Shown one piece after another: positions 9,415-20,000 of a stretch of DNA of 64,000 bases. A model generated the notes under the pieces. The model did no database searches. It saw only the letters and a program-made list of their open reading frames with translations, and was not told the DNA's origin. Within the stretch, counting starts at the first letter, position 1; every line of letters starts with the position of its first letter. Source of the DNA: an uncultured Planctomycetia bacterium. GTDB lineage: Bacteria > Omnitrophota > Gorgyraeia > 2-02-FULL-51-18. A program made the position numbers and the translations under genes. Location: assembly GCA_964606485.1 (NCBI GenBank), contig CAZSGP010000002.1, positions 74,766 to 138,765 on the forward strand, read 5' to 3'.

Positions 9415-10881
9415 CTACGATTCTTTTTTCATCTGTGGGAATAAAATTACTTCGCGAATCGAGGGTTGACCGGTAAGCAGCATCACGAGACGATCGATGC
9501 CGATGCCGAGCCCTCCGGCCGGAGGCATGCCGTGCTCGAGGGCCATAATAAAATCTTCATCAATGGTGTCGTAGGTGCTCTCTTTGCCTTTTTCTTGGAG
9601 CTCTTCGGCGAAACGTTCACGCTGCTCGATGGGGTCGTTGAGCTCGGAGTAACCGTTCGCCAGTTCCATGCCGCCAACGTAAAGTTCAAAACGCTCGCTC
9701 AAGTAAGGATTGGATTTATTTTTTTTGGCGAGCGGACAAAGCTCGGTGAAATAATCCGTCACAAAAACCGGATGAACCACATTGTCTTTCGATTTTGAAT
9801 TTGCACCTGGCTCCAAAAGTTCAGCCACAATATTCACAATCTGCGAACGCGAAAGATCTTTGGAGGCAACATTCACGCCCTTCGCTTGAAGCTTGGTCAC
9901 CCACTCACTAATTTCCATATCGGGTGTAATTCCAAACGAATCTTTCATGAGCTGGGCAAACGACACGCGCTCCCATTTGGAAAAATCAATCACGCGGTCG
10001 GCGGTTTCAATTTTCAAAGTCCCAAAAACAGTCTGCGCGGCGTTCGTGACAATTTCTTGAGTCAAATCCATGACGTCGTTGACATCGGCGTACGCCGTGT
10101 ACACTTCGAGCATGGTGAATTCGGGATTGTGCCGCGTGGAAATTCCTTCGTTGCGAAAACTTTTATTCACTTCATACACTTTGTCGAAACCGCCGACGAG
10201 TAATTTCTTCAAATAAAGTTCGGGGGCCACACGCAAGTAAAGGCTCATATTCAGCGCTTCGTGATGCGTCTTAAAGGGTTTGCCGGCCGCTCCCCCGGGA
10301 ATCGGATGCATCATCGGCGTTTCGACTTCCAAGTACCCTTTGTCGTCGAGCACGCGGCGCACCGAGCGCACAATCAGTGAGCGGTTAATAAATATTTTTT
10401 TGACGTCGTCGTTGGAAATTAAATCCAAGTACCGATGGCGGTAACGCGTTTCCACGTCTTTTAGACCATGCCATTTTTCGGGCATAGGACGCAGACTCTT
10501 CGAAAGAAGCTTAAGCCCAACCACTCGAACGGAAATTTCTCCGGTCTTCGTTTTAAACAGTTCGCCCTCGACGCCAATGATGTCGCCAATATCGAGCGCT
10601 TCAAAAAGTTTAGTGGCATCAGGCCCGATCAAATCCGGCTTTACAAAAAGCTGGACGCGGCCGGTTTCGTCTTTTAAATCACAGAAAGTGGTTTTGCCCA
10701 TCGAGCGCACCGCAGAAAGTCGTCCCGCCGTCTGCACTTTGCGATGCTCTTCGAAATGCTCGACCATGGGGCCGATCATCTCGGTTTTAAGAAACTTTCC
10801 GCCAAAGGGGTCCACGCCTAGGGATTTGGCGGTTTCGTATTTCTTGAAACGTTCTTTTAGAATCTCATTTTGCTCGGACAT
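9415..10881 (-). CDS. lysS: lysyl-tRNA synthetase, class II
   Basis: 488 aa with an N-terminal OB anticodon-binding domain and class II catalytic motifs (…FRNEGISTRHNPEFTMLE…, GGLGIGIDRLVMLL). Confidence 0.95.
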   Translation of the reverse strand: MSEQNEILKERFKKYETAKSLGVDPFGGKFLKTEMIGPMVEHFEEHRKVQTAGRLSAVRSMGKTTFCDLKDETGRVQLFVKPDLIGPDATKLFEALDIGDIIGVEGELFKTKTGEISVRVVGLKLLSKSLRPMPEKWHGLKDVETRYRHRYLDLISNDDVKKIFINRSLIVRSVRRVLDDKGYLEVETPMMHPIPGGAAGKPFKTHHEALNMSLYLRVAPELYLKKLLVGGFDKVYEVNKSFRNEGISTRHNPEFTMLEVYTAYADVNDVMDLTQEIVTNAAQTVFGTLKIETADRVIDFSKWERVSFAQLMKDSFGITPDMEISEWVTKLQAKGVNVASKDLSRSQIVNIVAELLEPGANSKSKDNVVHPVFVTDYFTELCPLAKKNKSNPYLSERFELYVGGMELANGYSELNDPIEQRERFAEELQEKGKESTYDTIDEDFIMALEHGMPPAGGLGIGIDRLVMLLTGQPSIREVILFPQMKKES

Positions 10882-10883
10882 AG

Positions 10884-10919
10884 TTCGATTAGTGTATCGG
10901 CGAGGCTATTCGATGTCAA
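10884..10919 (-). promoter_or_regulatory. sigma70-like promoter for lysS (TTGACA, 17 nt spacer, TACACT); predicts a near-leaderless transcript
   Basis: On the minus strand: TTGACAtcgaatagcctcgccgaTACACTaatcgaactATG. The -35 is at 10914..10919 and the -10 at 10891..10896. Confidence 0.45.
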
Positions 10920-10925
10920 ACATCA

Positions 10926-10958
10926 AACCTAGTATGCATCCCGGATCCATACTAGGTT
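10926..10958 (-). terminator. rho-independent terminator hairpin (perfect 11-bp stem) downstream of the 1986-aa gene; T-tracts on both sides, so possibly bidirectional
   Basis: aacctagtatg-N11-catactaggtt, followed by tttgatgtttg on the minus strand and tttttattcggttt on the plus strand. Confidence 0.55.
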
Positions 10959-10986
10959 TTTATTCGGTTTAAAAGTTTGGGGACTA

Positions 10987-13900
10987 TTAAGCGGACGCTC
11001 CAACAAACTGGAGCGCAGTCTGGCGGGCCTTGATCATCTGGTCTATGAGCACGCGATCGACTTTGACGGTAAGCTTAGAATAAAGCGTGGCTAATGAATC
11101 TGAAAAATTCTGCAGCGCCTCAACAACTTTCTTGAGCCCCAAGTCTTTGACGGCTGCGATGCGGTCACTTAAAAAGGATTGGGTCTTATCCGGCAAAGTC
11201 GACAACGCTTCGGGTGAAACTCTAGCAATGATGCGCGCCACAGCAAACAAAGATTCCAAAACTAAAGCACTGTAACCGTCTTTTTGATCCTCAACAGGAA
11301 CTAACGTTAGCGCGAATCGTGCACCAAGCGCCTTGCGTTGATTTTCAGGAACGTGACTATCTGCCAATAATTTTAATAATTTTTCCCGGTGATTTTTGTT
11401 TCCGGCTGTCGTGATAAATACGACTTTGGAAGTTTGAATCGACACATCCCCCTGCCCAATCACCACGATCTGCTCAGGTCCCAGCACAGAGCCTCTTTTT
11501 TGAGCAGCTTCGAGCTGTGGTTTAATAAATCCGATTTTATTTTCACTTTCAGGATTCCCAAAAACTGCCGGATCAATGAGAAGCGCGATAGACGACTCCG
11601 TGTCCACCACCCCTTTTTGCTCAAGCGAATATTGTTTGAGTGCTTTTTGCGCTCCGAGTGCGGCCCTATAAACGCGTCCAAGCTCCACCGCTACTTCCCC
11701 AGCCTGAGCCGTATCCGTCTGACGAAGCGTTTGCACAAGCGGTGCTCTCACGTTTCCTTGCGAAATTCGGGCATTGATTTCTGTCTGCGTAAATGAAATG
11801 GTTTGTATAGCCTCGGGCTTGCTGCCTAGGTTTGCGGTGAAAATTACTTGGGCGCCGTTTGAAGTGGGCTCTACCTTAAAGAAGGAAAGCCTCTGTGAAT
11901 CCGGCTCCCCACTCTCAATCGACATCTCGAGAGGCGTCAACACGCTCACCCCTTTCGCAGTGCTCGCAGCCAAATCCAAAAGAATACTTTGATCTGAATC
12001 CGAAATTTTTTCTGCCCTTGAAAGAGTTTTACTGGCAAATCGTGCGCCGTTTGGTAAAAACGATTCTTTGGCTTGATTGAAATGAAAAGCGCCGGATACT
12101 GCTAACCGCGCGCCACTTGTCGCGTCGTCGCGAGTCTTGGGTGTAGACGATGCCTGAACCTCGTCTTTTTTGTGCCAGAGATTCAACACCCAAAATTTTG
12201 CGCCACTTGGGCTACTGACCTGGACCACTCCGTTTTTCTGAAGCTCCGTGTTTGGCGCTTTAAGAAAGTTGATAAGTATTTCAGCGCGCACGCGAGCTGT
12301 TCCCAGTGCGCTTAAGATATCCCGACCCGCTTCATTTCTATCTCCCGCAAAGTGAGGGTTTAAAGCGGCCTGAGCCATGCCCACGGCTGAAGCTAGCTTA
12401 TTTTTGATGTCGTAATTTCCCAAAAGTTCGTAGCGTGCTCCAAAGCTGACCGTCTGCGCAGTAATTTGTTCGCTAAGGTTTTTGGATTTTGCTTTTTGAT
12501 CAAGGAAATCTATAAGGTCTTGCATTGCTGAATCCGCCTGAGACAAAATAGCCAATTTTTTCTCGTCGCTATTATTTTCAAAGTCACTTAAAAGATTCTG
12601 CGTTTCTTCAATTTTCTCTCGAAGATGTGAAGCGATAGCGCGAGCCTCGACAAGCGCTCGAAGCGTTTTAAAAACCTCGGGCGCAGCATTTTTGTCCGCT
12701 GCCGGCGAAGCGTCGGGCATCTTCTTCTGCAAATCCTCAATCGCCGTGACGGCTAAGGCGTAGATAATGGCGAGCCAAGTGGAGCTCGGGTAGCTCGAAG
12801 AAATACGTGATCTTAGGCTCTCAGCCGAATCGCGACCGTTATGAATGTTATCAACATAAATAGGCCCCAAATTATCCTTGGCAGTAAAACCATTCGCCGC
12901 GCCTTTTTTTGCTTGGTTGATCGCCTGGATCGCTTCTTGTGCGTAACTAACCGCGGCTTCCCTCATATTTTTTTCGTGGGTCGAAGACCAATTTGGAGCG
13001 CTTTCAATTAGACGGATAAATTTTTCTAGAGCGCGGAGATTTTCATCAGCCAACCGCGCTCCCCCTACCGGATGAAGCTCAAACGTATTCAGAGTAGGCA
13101 ACGCCCTCATCCCCTGCTGTCCCTGTCCCGGCTCATCTGTAAAGCTAAACCCGATCACTTCAAAGTCATCCTTGATTTCCGTAATAATCACTCCGTCGGC
13201 CGGAAGCGTTGTAGCTTCGCTAGGGGCCGAGACAACAAGCTGAGTGAGATCATTTTTGAAATATCCAAAAAAACGGTAGCGGATTATAGTCGCGGGATCC
13301 GTTGAAGCGGGTGGATTAAATCTAAAAACAAAAATATCTCCTTTTTTAGAAAATAATCGGGGTGCGACTAGATGAAAGAGCTGCCCCCTAATGTCCATTT
13401 GTTGATAAACGTCTTCGGTCATGACACTGTCCTTTGGACGCTCCGGGTTCGTGCGTGGGTCAAAGAGAATCACGGTTTTATTTTTTTCAGCTTGATCCAA
13501 CGTCTCAGAAACTCCTGGATCAACGCTTAATTTGACGATCGACATCGGAAAGCCAACCGTGACATTGACAATCCCGCCCGGGTCAATGAACGCACCAAGT
13601 TCTCCCCGGTAAGGCATCTTGTCCTTTTGGTAGCCCTCCACAATAATTTTTACGTCTTTCATTTTGTCGCGAATGGCAGCCGGAAACGTCACGCGCAAAA
13701 TGTCTCCCGGCACAAGTTTCACTTGCGGATAAAAATTTAGAGTCAGTGCTGATCCGCTGTAATCCCAATTGTAAAATGACTTTTTACTGTCGTAAGCCTT
13801 CAGAAAATCAGGCAAGCTGACGGGAGTCAGATGATCGCCGAGGATTTGCCAAACACCTTCACGCTCTCTGCTTCTGCCGAAAAAATAAGAAGAAAAAATC

Positions 13901-16900
13901 AACAAAGTTACGGCAAGATAACGAAAAAGAGTTTGGCCCATTCCGGCCGGGCGGTTTTCATCAGCTTTAGCCATCCGCGCACCACTCTCTACTACTAATC
14001 CAGCCGAAGGTTGCACCCTTATTTTTCGTCCCTCAAAATAATCGTTCTCCAGATAAACGCGCCATTCTTTCGGCTGCGTTTCGTCAGAGGCCCGAGTAAC
14101 CACGGTAAATCCAATAGGCCCTAAATGATAAGATAGCTGATCTTGGTTATCATAATAAATTGGCGCAACGGAAATAACATTCTCAATTTTTTTTCGAGTA
14201 AATGTTTTCTGAGACCAAATTGTAATTGGGTGAGAGACGGTCACGGAACTTGGATCGCTTTCATTAAAACCCAAGGCGTACGACACATCACCCTTCTCAA
14301 ACGCTCCGGCGCCCTGCATAAAATAAACGTCAGCTGAATGGGGGTCTAGAAATCGCAAAGCAATCAAAGGAGACCCTGGCCCCATCAAGGATAGTGCCGG
14401 CCGATCCGCTACCCAAGGCACATCTAAACGATCATCGGTAATTCCCAAGCTATTTTTAGCTTTGTGCGTATGAAAATTATATTCAAGAAGAGTTGTCCTG
14501 TCTTCGCCGTGAATAAGGTCCAATGATATAAGTCCGTTTTGCTTTCTTGTATTCTTCAACTCTAGTTTGCGTCCATCCGGCAACACTCCACGATTTATAC
14601 GCCCAATGACACTTTCTGCAAAATCTGAAACTAACCATCGCGCCGCCAAAGATGCTGAGTGATGCCGCTGCTTCTCCCAGTGGGTAGATTCCGTGACCTG
14701 CTCTTCACGCGCCTCCTCCCAATCAGCAGGTACGCCATTAACCGGCTCGCAAATAAACAGCTTCCACGAAACGGGCTCACCGTTACTGTCGATCTGCCAT
14801 TTAAATTGGCTTGGGAGCAGTTGTGCTCCATTTTTTTCTAAAAGCGGGAGTCTCATGTAAGATCCGCCAACTAACACACCCTCTTTAACATTCACCTCTT
14901 CCTTAACTAGCCCATATTTCCGATTGACTTGGATTTCGGCTGACATAAATGCATTTTTATCTACTCGGAAGCTACTATCTTGGGTCTGCCATGCATCCCA
15001 AACGCGAACAAAATCTTTTTCGATTCGTAATAGATACCGATTAAGACCATTCCCCAAAATAACAACCGTGCCATCATCAAGCTTCGCCAACTCTACTTGC
15101 GGTACCTGCTGCCCGGAGATTTCATTTAAACGAGGTCGATACTCATCATCCAGCAATTCGGGCCTTGGCCAATTTTTTTGATCGGAAATTACATGTGGAG
15201 AATGAGCTTCCATGTGACGCAAAAATTCTAAAGATAAGCTATTTTTTGAAACACTTCGATTTAATTTTACACTTTGATAAAACCCGACAGCTCCGGTTAA
15301 AGCCACCGCGAGTACACCAAATAAAATGGGATTAAAATTGTTCGCAAACAGTATAATAGCCGGCAACAACCCCGCTACTCCTACTAGAAACAAAGAACCC
15401 CAAAAAAGAAGTGAGGTGTTAGAAAGCATCTCAGGATCTAGTCGCCAAACGGAATAATTATCTTCTGATTTATTTTCAAAAAATCTCATTGATGCGCTGG
15501 CCAACCTCGCCCCCGTCACAACCGACACACTGGGAGAAACATGGCGAACTATCGGCCCGATCTTATCGGCGGCCGCCCAATAAACTTTATCGCTTTCATC
15601 GACTTTTGAAAGCAGGTTGCCGTATTTTTCAAATTCAGGACGGCGCTTTTTAAACCAATCAAATACGGAGCGAAACGTAGGAATTCCCTGCTCACGCTCC
15701 CTTTTCCCAAATTCTGGCAAGACATCCAGCAAGGCTTTTGCGTCTTCGACCGTGCTTTTTTCGGAGATTTCATAAACCGCATTTCGCATGGCCGGGTATC
15801 TGGGGTCAGTTTTTTTAAGCCTTAGAAATCCCCATAAAAGATAATCAAAAACAATTTCGCGCAAAAGCAGATCTTCGATCTGCTTATCATTTACCGAAAC
15901 CCCTTTCTGGATTTGGGTTTTTGCTTGATCGAGCGGTTTAATCGCGTATGACAATGCAGTTGCGGCCTCCCGAATGTTTCCCCCCAACTCGTTTCGCACC
16001 ACACCGCTTATTTGATGAAGCGTTCCTCTTAAGAAAACAATAGTGTCGTTCGGATATTCATTCGCTATTTTCTTTAGCGCCTTTGCAAATATTTTATCCC
16101 GCTGAATATCACTCGACGCGCTTAGCTCCAAAGCCCTCTTAGCCACCCGAAGGTATTCCTCAGGAGATATTCTTTCGCGAGTCATTGAGTTTAAGATAGA
16201 GTCTCTCTGGAAAGAGGCTGTTTCATAATCTAAGGCGCTTTTAAAATAAAGCTCTCTGTCCTCCCTGGAATAGGTTTCATCTCCTTCTACCAGTAAATGC
16301 TTTATTTTATCCCTATTTCGGAGCAAGACCCCCATAACCCCCCTTTCAAATGAGGAAAGATTACGAATGTCCCTTTCAAAAAAAGCTTGCCGATAAATCT
16401 GCACGTTATAATCAACCGCCCTGTGAAACACGGCTTTAAATGAATCTAGCTGCGCTCGTGTTGCGCGGCCTGTAAAAAGAGCCTCTTTGGTAAGACCAGT
16501 CCTAACCGTTTCCGAGTCTCCTAACAACGCATTCATCTGTACTCCCCCAAACTCAAAGAAAAATGCAACTTGACCGGCCGGAAGAGATTCAAGCTGCTTT
16601 TCTAAAACCATAGCGGCGTCTTGAGCATCAGTCGCGTCGTCATGGGCGGAATAGACCCCGACAAATTTCTGCGGCCGCGTGCCGCTGCGCAACCCAAAGA
16701 AACCCAAGCTCGCCAGTACAAAAACTGAAATGACTGCGAAGAATTTTTGCTTATTCCAAAAACTTATTTTTTTGGATTGCTGAACCCCATTAGGGCTGTC
16801 GAATAATTGATCAATCGTGCCTAAGTATTCTTTAGGCTCCGTCTCTTTATAAATGCTCTGAGAAGGGACAAAACTAATCACATTTTGATCGGCCATCTCA

Positions 16901-16947
16901 AAAGTAAACCGTATCAATCCATCACTAGGCAGTCTCTCCAAAGTCAC
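10987..16947 (-). CDS. giant hypothetical protein (1986 aa). N-terminal TM, possible Tiki/TraB/GumN-like region, three further TM helices mid-protein, long helical C-terminal half
   Basis: Uninterrupted 5.96-kb ORF with a GTG start at 16947; an in-frame ATG also exists at 16896. TM segments: FFAVISVFVLASLGFFGL; LLFWGSLFLVGVAGLLPAIILF…ILFGVLAVALTGAVGFY; LFRYLAVTLLIFSSYFFG. The motif IVFLRGTLHQISG resembles the C-terminal GxxH motif of TraB/Tiki domains. This is weak, eyeball-level evidence. Confidence 0.6.
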   Translation of the reverse strand: MTLERLPSDGLIRFTFEMADQNVISFVPSQSIYKETEPKEYLGTIDQLFDSPNGVQQSKKISFWNKQKFFAVISVFVLASLGFFGLRSGTRPQKFVGVYSAHDDATDAQDAAMVLEKQLESLPAGQVAFFFEFGGVQMNALLGDSETVRTGLTKEALFTGRATRAQLDSFKAVFHRAVDYNVQIYRQAFFERDIRNLSSFERGVMGVLLRNRDKIKHLLVEGDETYSREDRELYFKSALDYETASFQRDSILNSMTRERISPEEYLRVAKRALELSASSDIQRDKIFAKALKKIANEYPNDTIVFLRGTLHQISGVVRNELGGNIREAATALSYAIKPLDQAKTQIQKGVSVNDKQIEDLLLREIVFDYLLWGFLRLKKTDPRYPAMRNAVYEISEKSTVEDAKALLDVLPEFGKREREQGIPTFRSVFDWFKKRRPEFEKYGNLLSKVDESDKVYWAAADKIGPIVRHVSPSVSVVTGARLASASMRFFENKSEDNYSVWRLDPEMLSNTSLLFWGSLFLVGVAGLLPAIILFANNFNPILFGVLAVALTGAVGFYQSVKLNRSVSKNSLSLEFLRHMEAHSPHVISDQKNWPRPELLDDEYRPRLNEISGQQVPQVELAKLDDGTVVILGNGLNRYLLRIEKDFVRVWDAWQTQDSSFRVDKNAFMSAEIQVNRKYGLVKEEVNVKEGVLVGGSYMRLPLLEKNGAQLLPSQFKWQIDSNGEPVSWKLFICEPVNGVPADWEEAREEQVTESTHWEKQRHHSASLAARWLVSDFAESVIGRINRGVLPDGRKLELKNTRKQNGLISLDLIHGEDRTTLLEYNFHTHKAKNSLGITDDRLDVPWVADRPALSLMGPGSPLIALRFLDPHSADVYFMQGAGAFEKGDVSYALGFNESDPSSVTVSHPITIWSQKTFTRKKIENVISVAPIYYDNQDQLSYHLGPIGFTVVTRASDETQPKEWRVYLENDYFEGRKIRVQPSAGLVVESGARMAKADENRPAGMGQTLFRYLAVTLLIFSSYFFGRSREREGVWQILGDHLTPVSLPDFLKAYDSKKSFYNWDYSGSALTLNFYPQVKLVPGDILRVTFPAAIRDKMKDVKIIVEGYQKDKMPYRGELGAFIDPGGIVNVTVGFPMSIVKLSVDPGVSETLDQAEKNKTVILFDPRTNPERPKDSVMTEDVYQQMDIRGQLFHLVAPRLFSKKGDIFVFRFNPPASTDPATIIRYRFFGYFKNDLTQLVVSAPSEATTLPADGVIITEIKDDFEVIGFSFTDEPGQGQQGMRALPTLNTFELHPVGGARLADENLRALEKFIRLIESAPNWSSTHEKNMREAAVSYAQEAIQAINQAKKGAANGFTAKDNLGPIYVDNIHNGRDSAESLRSRISSSYPSSTWLAIIYALAVTAIEDLQKKMPDASPAADKNAAPEVFKTLRALVEARAIASHLREKIEETQNLLSDFENNSDEKKLAILSQADSAMQDLIDFLDQKAKSKNLSEQITAQTVSFGARYELLGNYDIKNKLASAVGMAQAALNPHFAGDRNEAGRDILSALGTARVRAEILINFLKAPNTELQKNGVVQVSSPSGAKFWVLNLWHKKDEVQASSTPKTRDDATSGARLAVSGAFHFNQAKESFLPNGARFASKTLSRAEKISDSDQSILLDLAASTAKGVSVLTPLEMSIESGEPDSQRLSFFKVEPTSNGAQVIFTANLGSKPEAIQTISFTQTEINARISQGNVRAPLVQTLRQTDTAQAGEVAVELGRVYRAALGAQKALKQYSLEQKGVVDTESSIALLIDPAVFGNPESENKIGFIKPQLEAAQKRGSVLGPEQIVVIGQGDVSIQTSKVVFITTAGNKNHREKLLKLLADSHVPENQRKALGARFALTLVPVEDQKDGYSALVLESLFAVARIIARVSPEALSTLPDKTQSFLSDRIAAVKDLGLKKVVEALQNFSDSLATLYSKLTVKVDRVLIDQMIKARQTALQFVGASA

Positions 16948-17025
16948 CTTAGCAACCTGCCCGTAGCGCCGGGCATCATTGCTGATATGCGCTTTGAGAG
17001 CTTTTACGATAGACCCCGCAACAGG

Positions 17026-20000
17026 TTATTGCTTTGAGGACTCGACAATAGGGCCAGCTAACCGCGCGCCTGACCCAAATTGTGGTTTCGAAGGATCATT
17101 AAGGCCTTGTCTGCTCGCATTCCGCGCATATTCCTTAGCCTCACGTTTAATCTTAGCAGCTAATGCAGGGTTGATTTGCTCCTGAATTTTTGCTAAGCCA
17201 GCTTCTATCGCACCGTCGGTCAAATTAGGACGACCATCAAAAGCTGATGCGCTTAATCTGACTAATTCATCGTGCAAGCCTGTAAATGTCTCTACGCCTT
17301 CCTTGATTCGAGTGGCCACAAAACTAGCTATAGCACTCGCAAGAGGGGGGTAAGCTTCCACAGTGATTGGCGGACCATTGGAATCTGTAGCTTTTTCAAA
17401 TCTCGGATGCTCAAGCATTAACCGAGCATAACAATAGGCATAATACAACCTTTGAGCAACACCATCTTTGCGAAGAACATCTTTAGGCTCTTCTAGCATT
17501 GAAAAACTTTCGTCGTTGCGATCTAAAAATGATTCGGGTTCATTTTGAAGGGGAACGATTTGCTCTGAATTGAGTTCAGCTATTAAGTCCCGGAGTAAAT
17601 CCAGTGGATCCCAAGCATCCGATCCCAGAAACCGGCGCTGTATACTTGCCAGCTCGGCCGCGCGAGACCATGGAACTGGATACTCTTCCCAATTGTCCAA
17701 CACAAAACCAACTAACGACTCGAAGTCTGGATCTGCCATCAAATCTCGTCTTAACTTAGTTTCCGAAAACGGTGTATTCATTATCCGCATCAGACCCCGA
17801 CCAACTTCTTTTTCTAAAATACCCCTGGGAGCATCTTCCAGCAGCTCTGCGGGAGCACCATTCGGATAGACTTGTCTAAAATATGCCAAATTTCTTCGTA
17901 AAATGCGCACCGCTTGCTTTCTTTTATCGATCTCTATTTTGACATTTTGGGCTATTTGAAGTAACGCTTGGCAATCATTCGTTCGCAAAAGCGTCAGCGG
18001 AGAGGAAATAAAAAAACTTAAGCCAACGTTGTAATATTTTTTATCAAGAAGTAATTGCCGGTAGAAATCAATTTTTGATTCCTCTAAGGAGAATGGATCT
18101 GGGAGCAAAGAGGTGATTGTGGTTAATTCCGCGACAAGATTTGCAATTATTTCTGCATCCTTATTAACTCGATAACTTGATTTAAGGTACTCGTGGAGTG
18201 TATTTAGCATTTCAAGACTCACATACCTCTGCAAATCGAGTAACGTAGCCCTGTATAAAATTTCGCCTAATTCATCCCTTGCTTCTTCCCTTTCTTGTGG
18301 AGCTTTTGAAGTCAATCTAACCTTCAAGTCTTTATCATTATCTTTTTTCTCACCTATCATAGACGCGACGGTCTTATCTTGGAACCGACTGATCGCCTCC
18401 CTTTCTTGAGATTGAACGGTATCTAATAACTCTTGAAACCGATCTTCTAATCCACTGATCAATTGCCTACTTTTTCCACTAAGCGCTGGATAATAACCCT
18501 CTTCAACAACTAACTCCAAATTCAAAATATATTTACGAAACTCTAATCGAATCTCAAGGAGATCCGCTGACTTTAGATATAGTGAATTCCCTGTAAGAAG
18601 GGAATAATTAAGCTCTGAAACAACGTAGAGTAGATTTGCCAGTCCATCTTCAATTTTATACACATCTTGATGAGGGGTAGATTTCCATCGATCAAATATA
18701 TCCCGTAAGGTTCCTCTTTTGGTTATCGCCTCCCTTATTTCTTTTACCTCGTCAGATTCGTCCGCCATCCTCGCCCCGGCCTTTTCTGCAGCCTTAACCC
18801 CCGGCAGGGTATTAAGAGACACTAAAAATTGAATGCCCGTTCCTTGCTTTTCTGCGGCCTCTTCATAATCCTTGTCAATTTTAAAACCCCTTTCCTTTAA
18901 ATAAACGCGATAAAACGAAATCTCCGATTTTTTGCTGGCGACCCAAGTTACATTTGTAATTTTTTTATCTCTTAGATTTTTAAAAAATGCATCTAATAAA
19001 AATGACCCATGACTAGCTCTTTTAACCTTAACGGCTATCGCATCCATTTCGAGCGGCTTACCGCGCACTGCGCTAGAAGCAATAAATCCACCAAGAGAAC
19101 CATCTGGTTGAATTAACAGATAATGATCCTTATCTTCCAAATCATACCCCCATGCTTCAGCGGATTGTGGGCTATAGTCCCCTCGCCCCTTGAAAGCCGC
19201 GCGCTCTAAAATTGATAATTTTTCGGCCGCGTCATCCAGAATCACCTGAAAATCCTTTTCTTTTTGTAAGCGAGAATAAATTACTTTCCACTCCACAACT
19301 TTTCCAACTCCCTGTTTTTCTAAAATGGTGGGCAGTTGTTCGTATGGGATGGAATTTATCAACAAAAGTTTTTGGTTTTCTGTGTTTGTGCCGGAAAGCC
19401 GCGCTCCACTATCCACCCCCCTATCTTGAAACGCCTCCGAAACTTTTGCGTGATTGGCTTTGATTTGCTCCGCCAATCTCGACGCAACAAGTCGATCTGT
19501 AATTTCTGGAAGCCAATCCTCGTCCGCACTTCGATACATTTCAGCTAGAGCGCGTGCCGTCTCAAAGTTTTCACGTTTTCCGCTAGCCATTTGAATTTCG
19601 GAGGGTTTCAATCCCTCAAGAGGCTCAAGCAGCACCTTTTCGTACTTCGCCTGATTGGTTTCCTGCGTCACCTTCGGGGTTAAGACGATGTAAGAGTATC
19701 CGCTCTGCTGAAAAAGTTCTTTGAGATGTTCGGTATGATATCCACCTGTAATCAAAACGACTGCGTTGTCATTCCCGCGCAAGCGGGAATCTTGTGGTTC
19801 TGATCCCCGCCTTCGCGGGGATGACAGTTCTTTTTCAATATTTTTCAAAAATGCCAAATCTCTCTGATCCACCGAATCGTAAAAATCTTTGAGCGCTTGG
19901 CTTCCGGTTTCCAATAAATCTTTGTACGAAACCAAATCTTCAAAGTACCCGGTCTCGATGAGCTTTTTGTTCAAGAATGCCAAATAAGAGACGGTCGCAA

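Noticed and set aside
6598-9415. CtsR operator or HrcA CIRCE upstream of mcsA and upstream of lolC
   Set aside because: Neither the CtsR GGTCAAA direct repeat nor a TTAGCACTC-N9-GAGTGCTAA element is present in these regions either.
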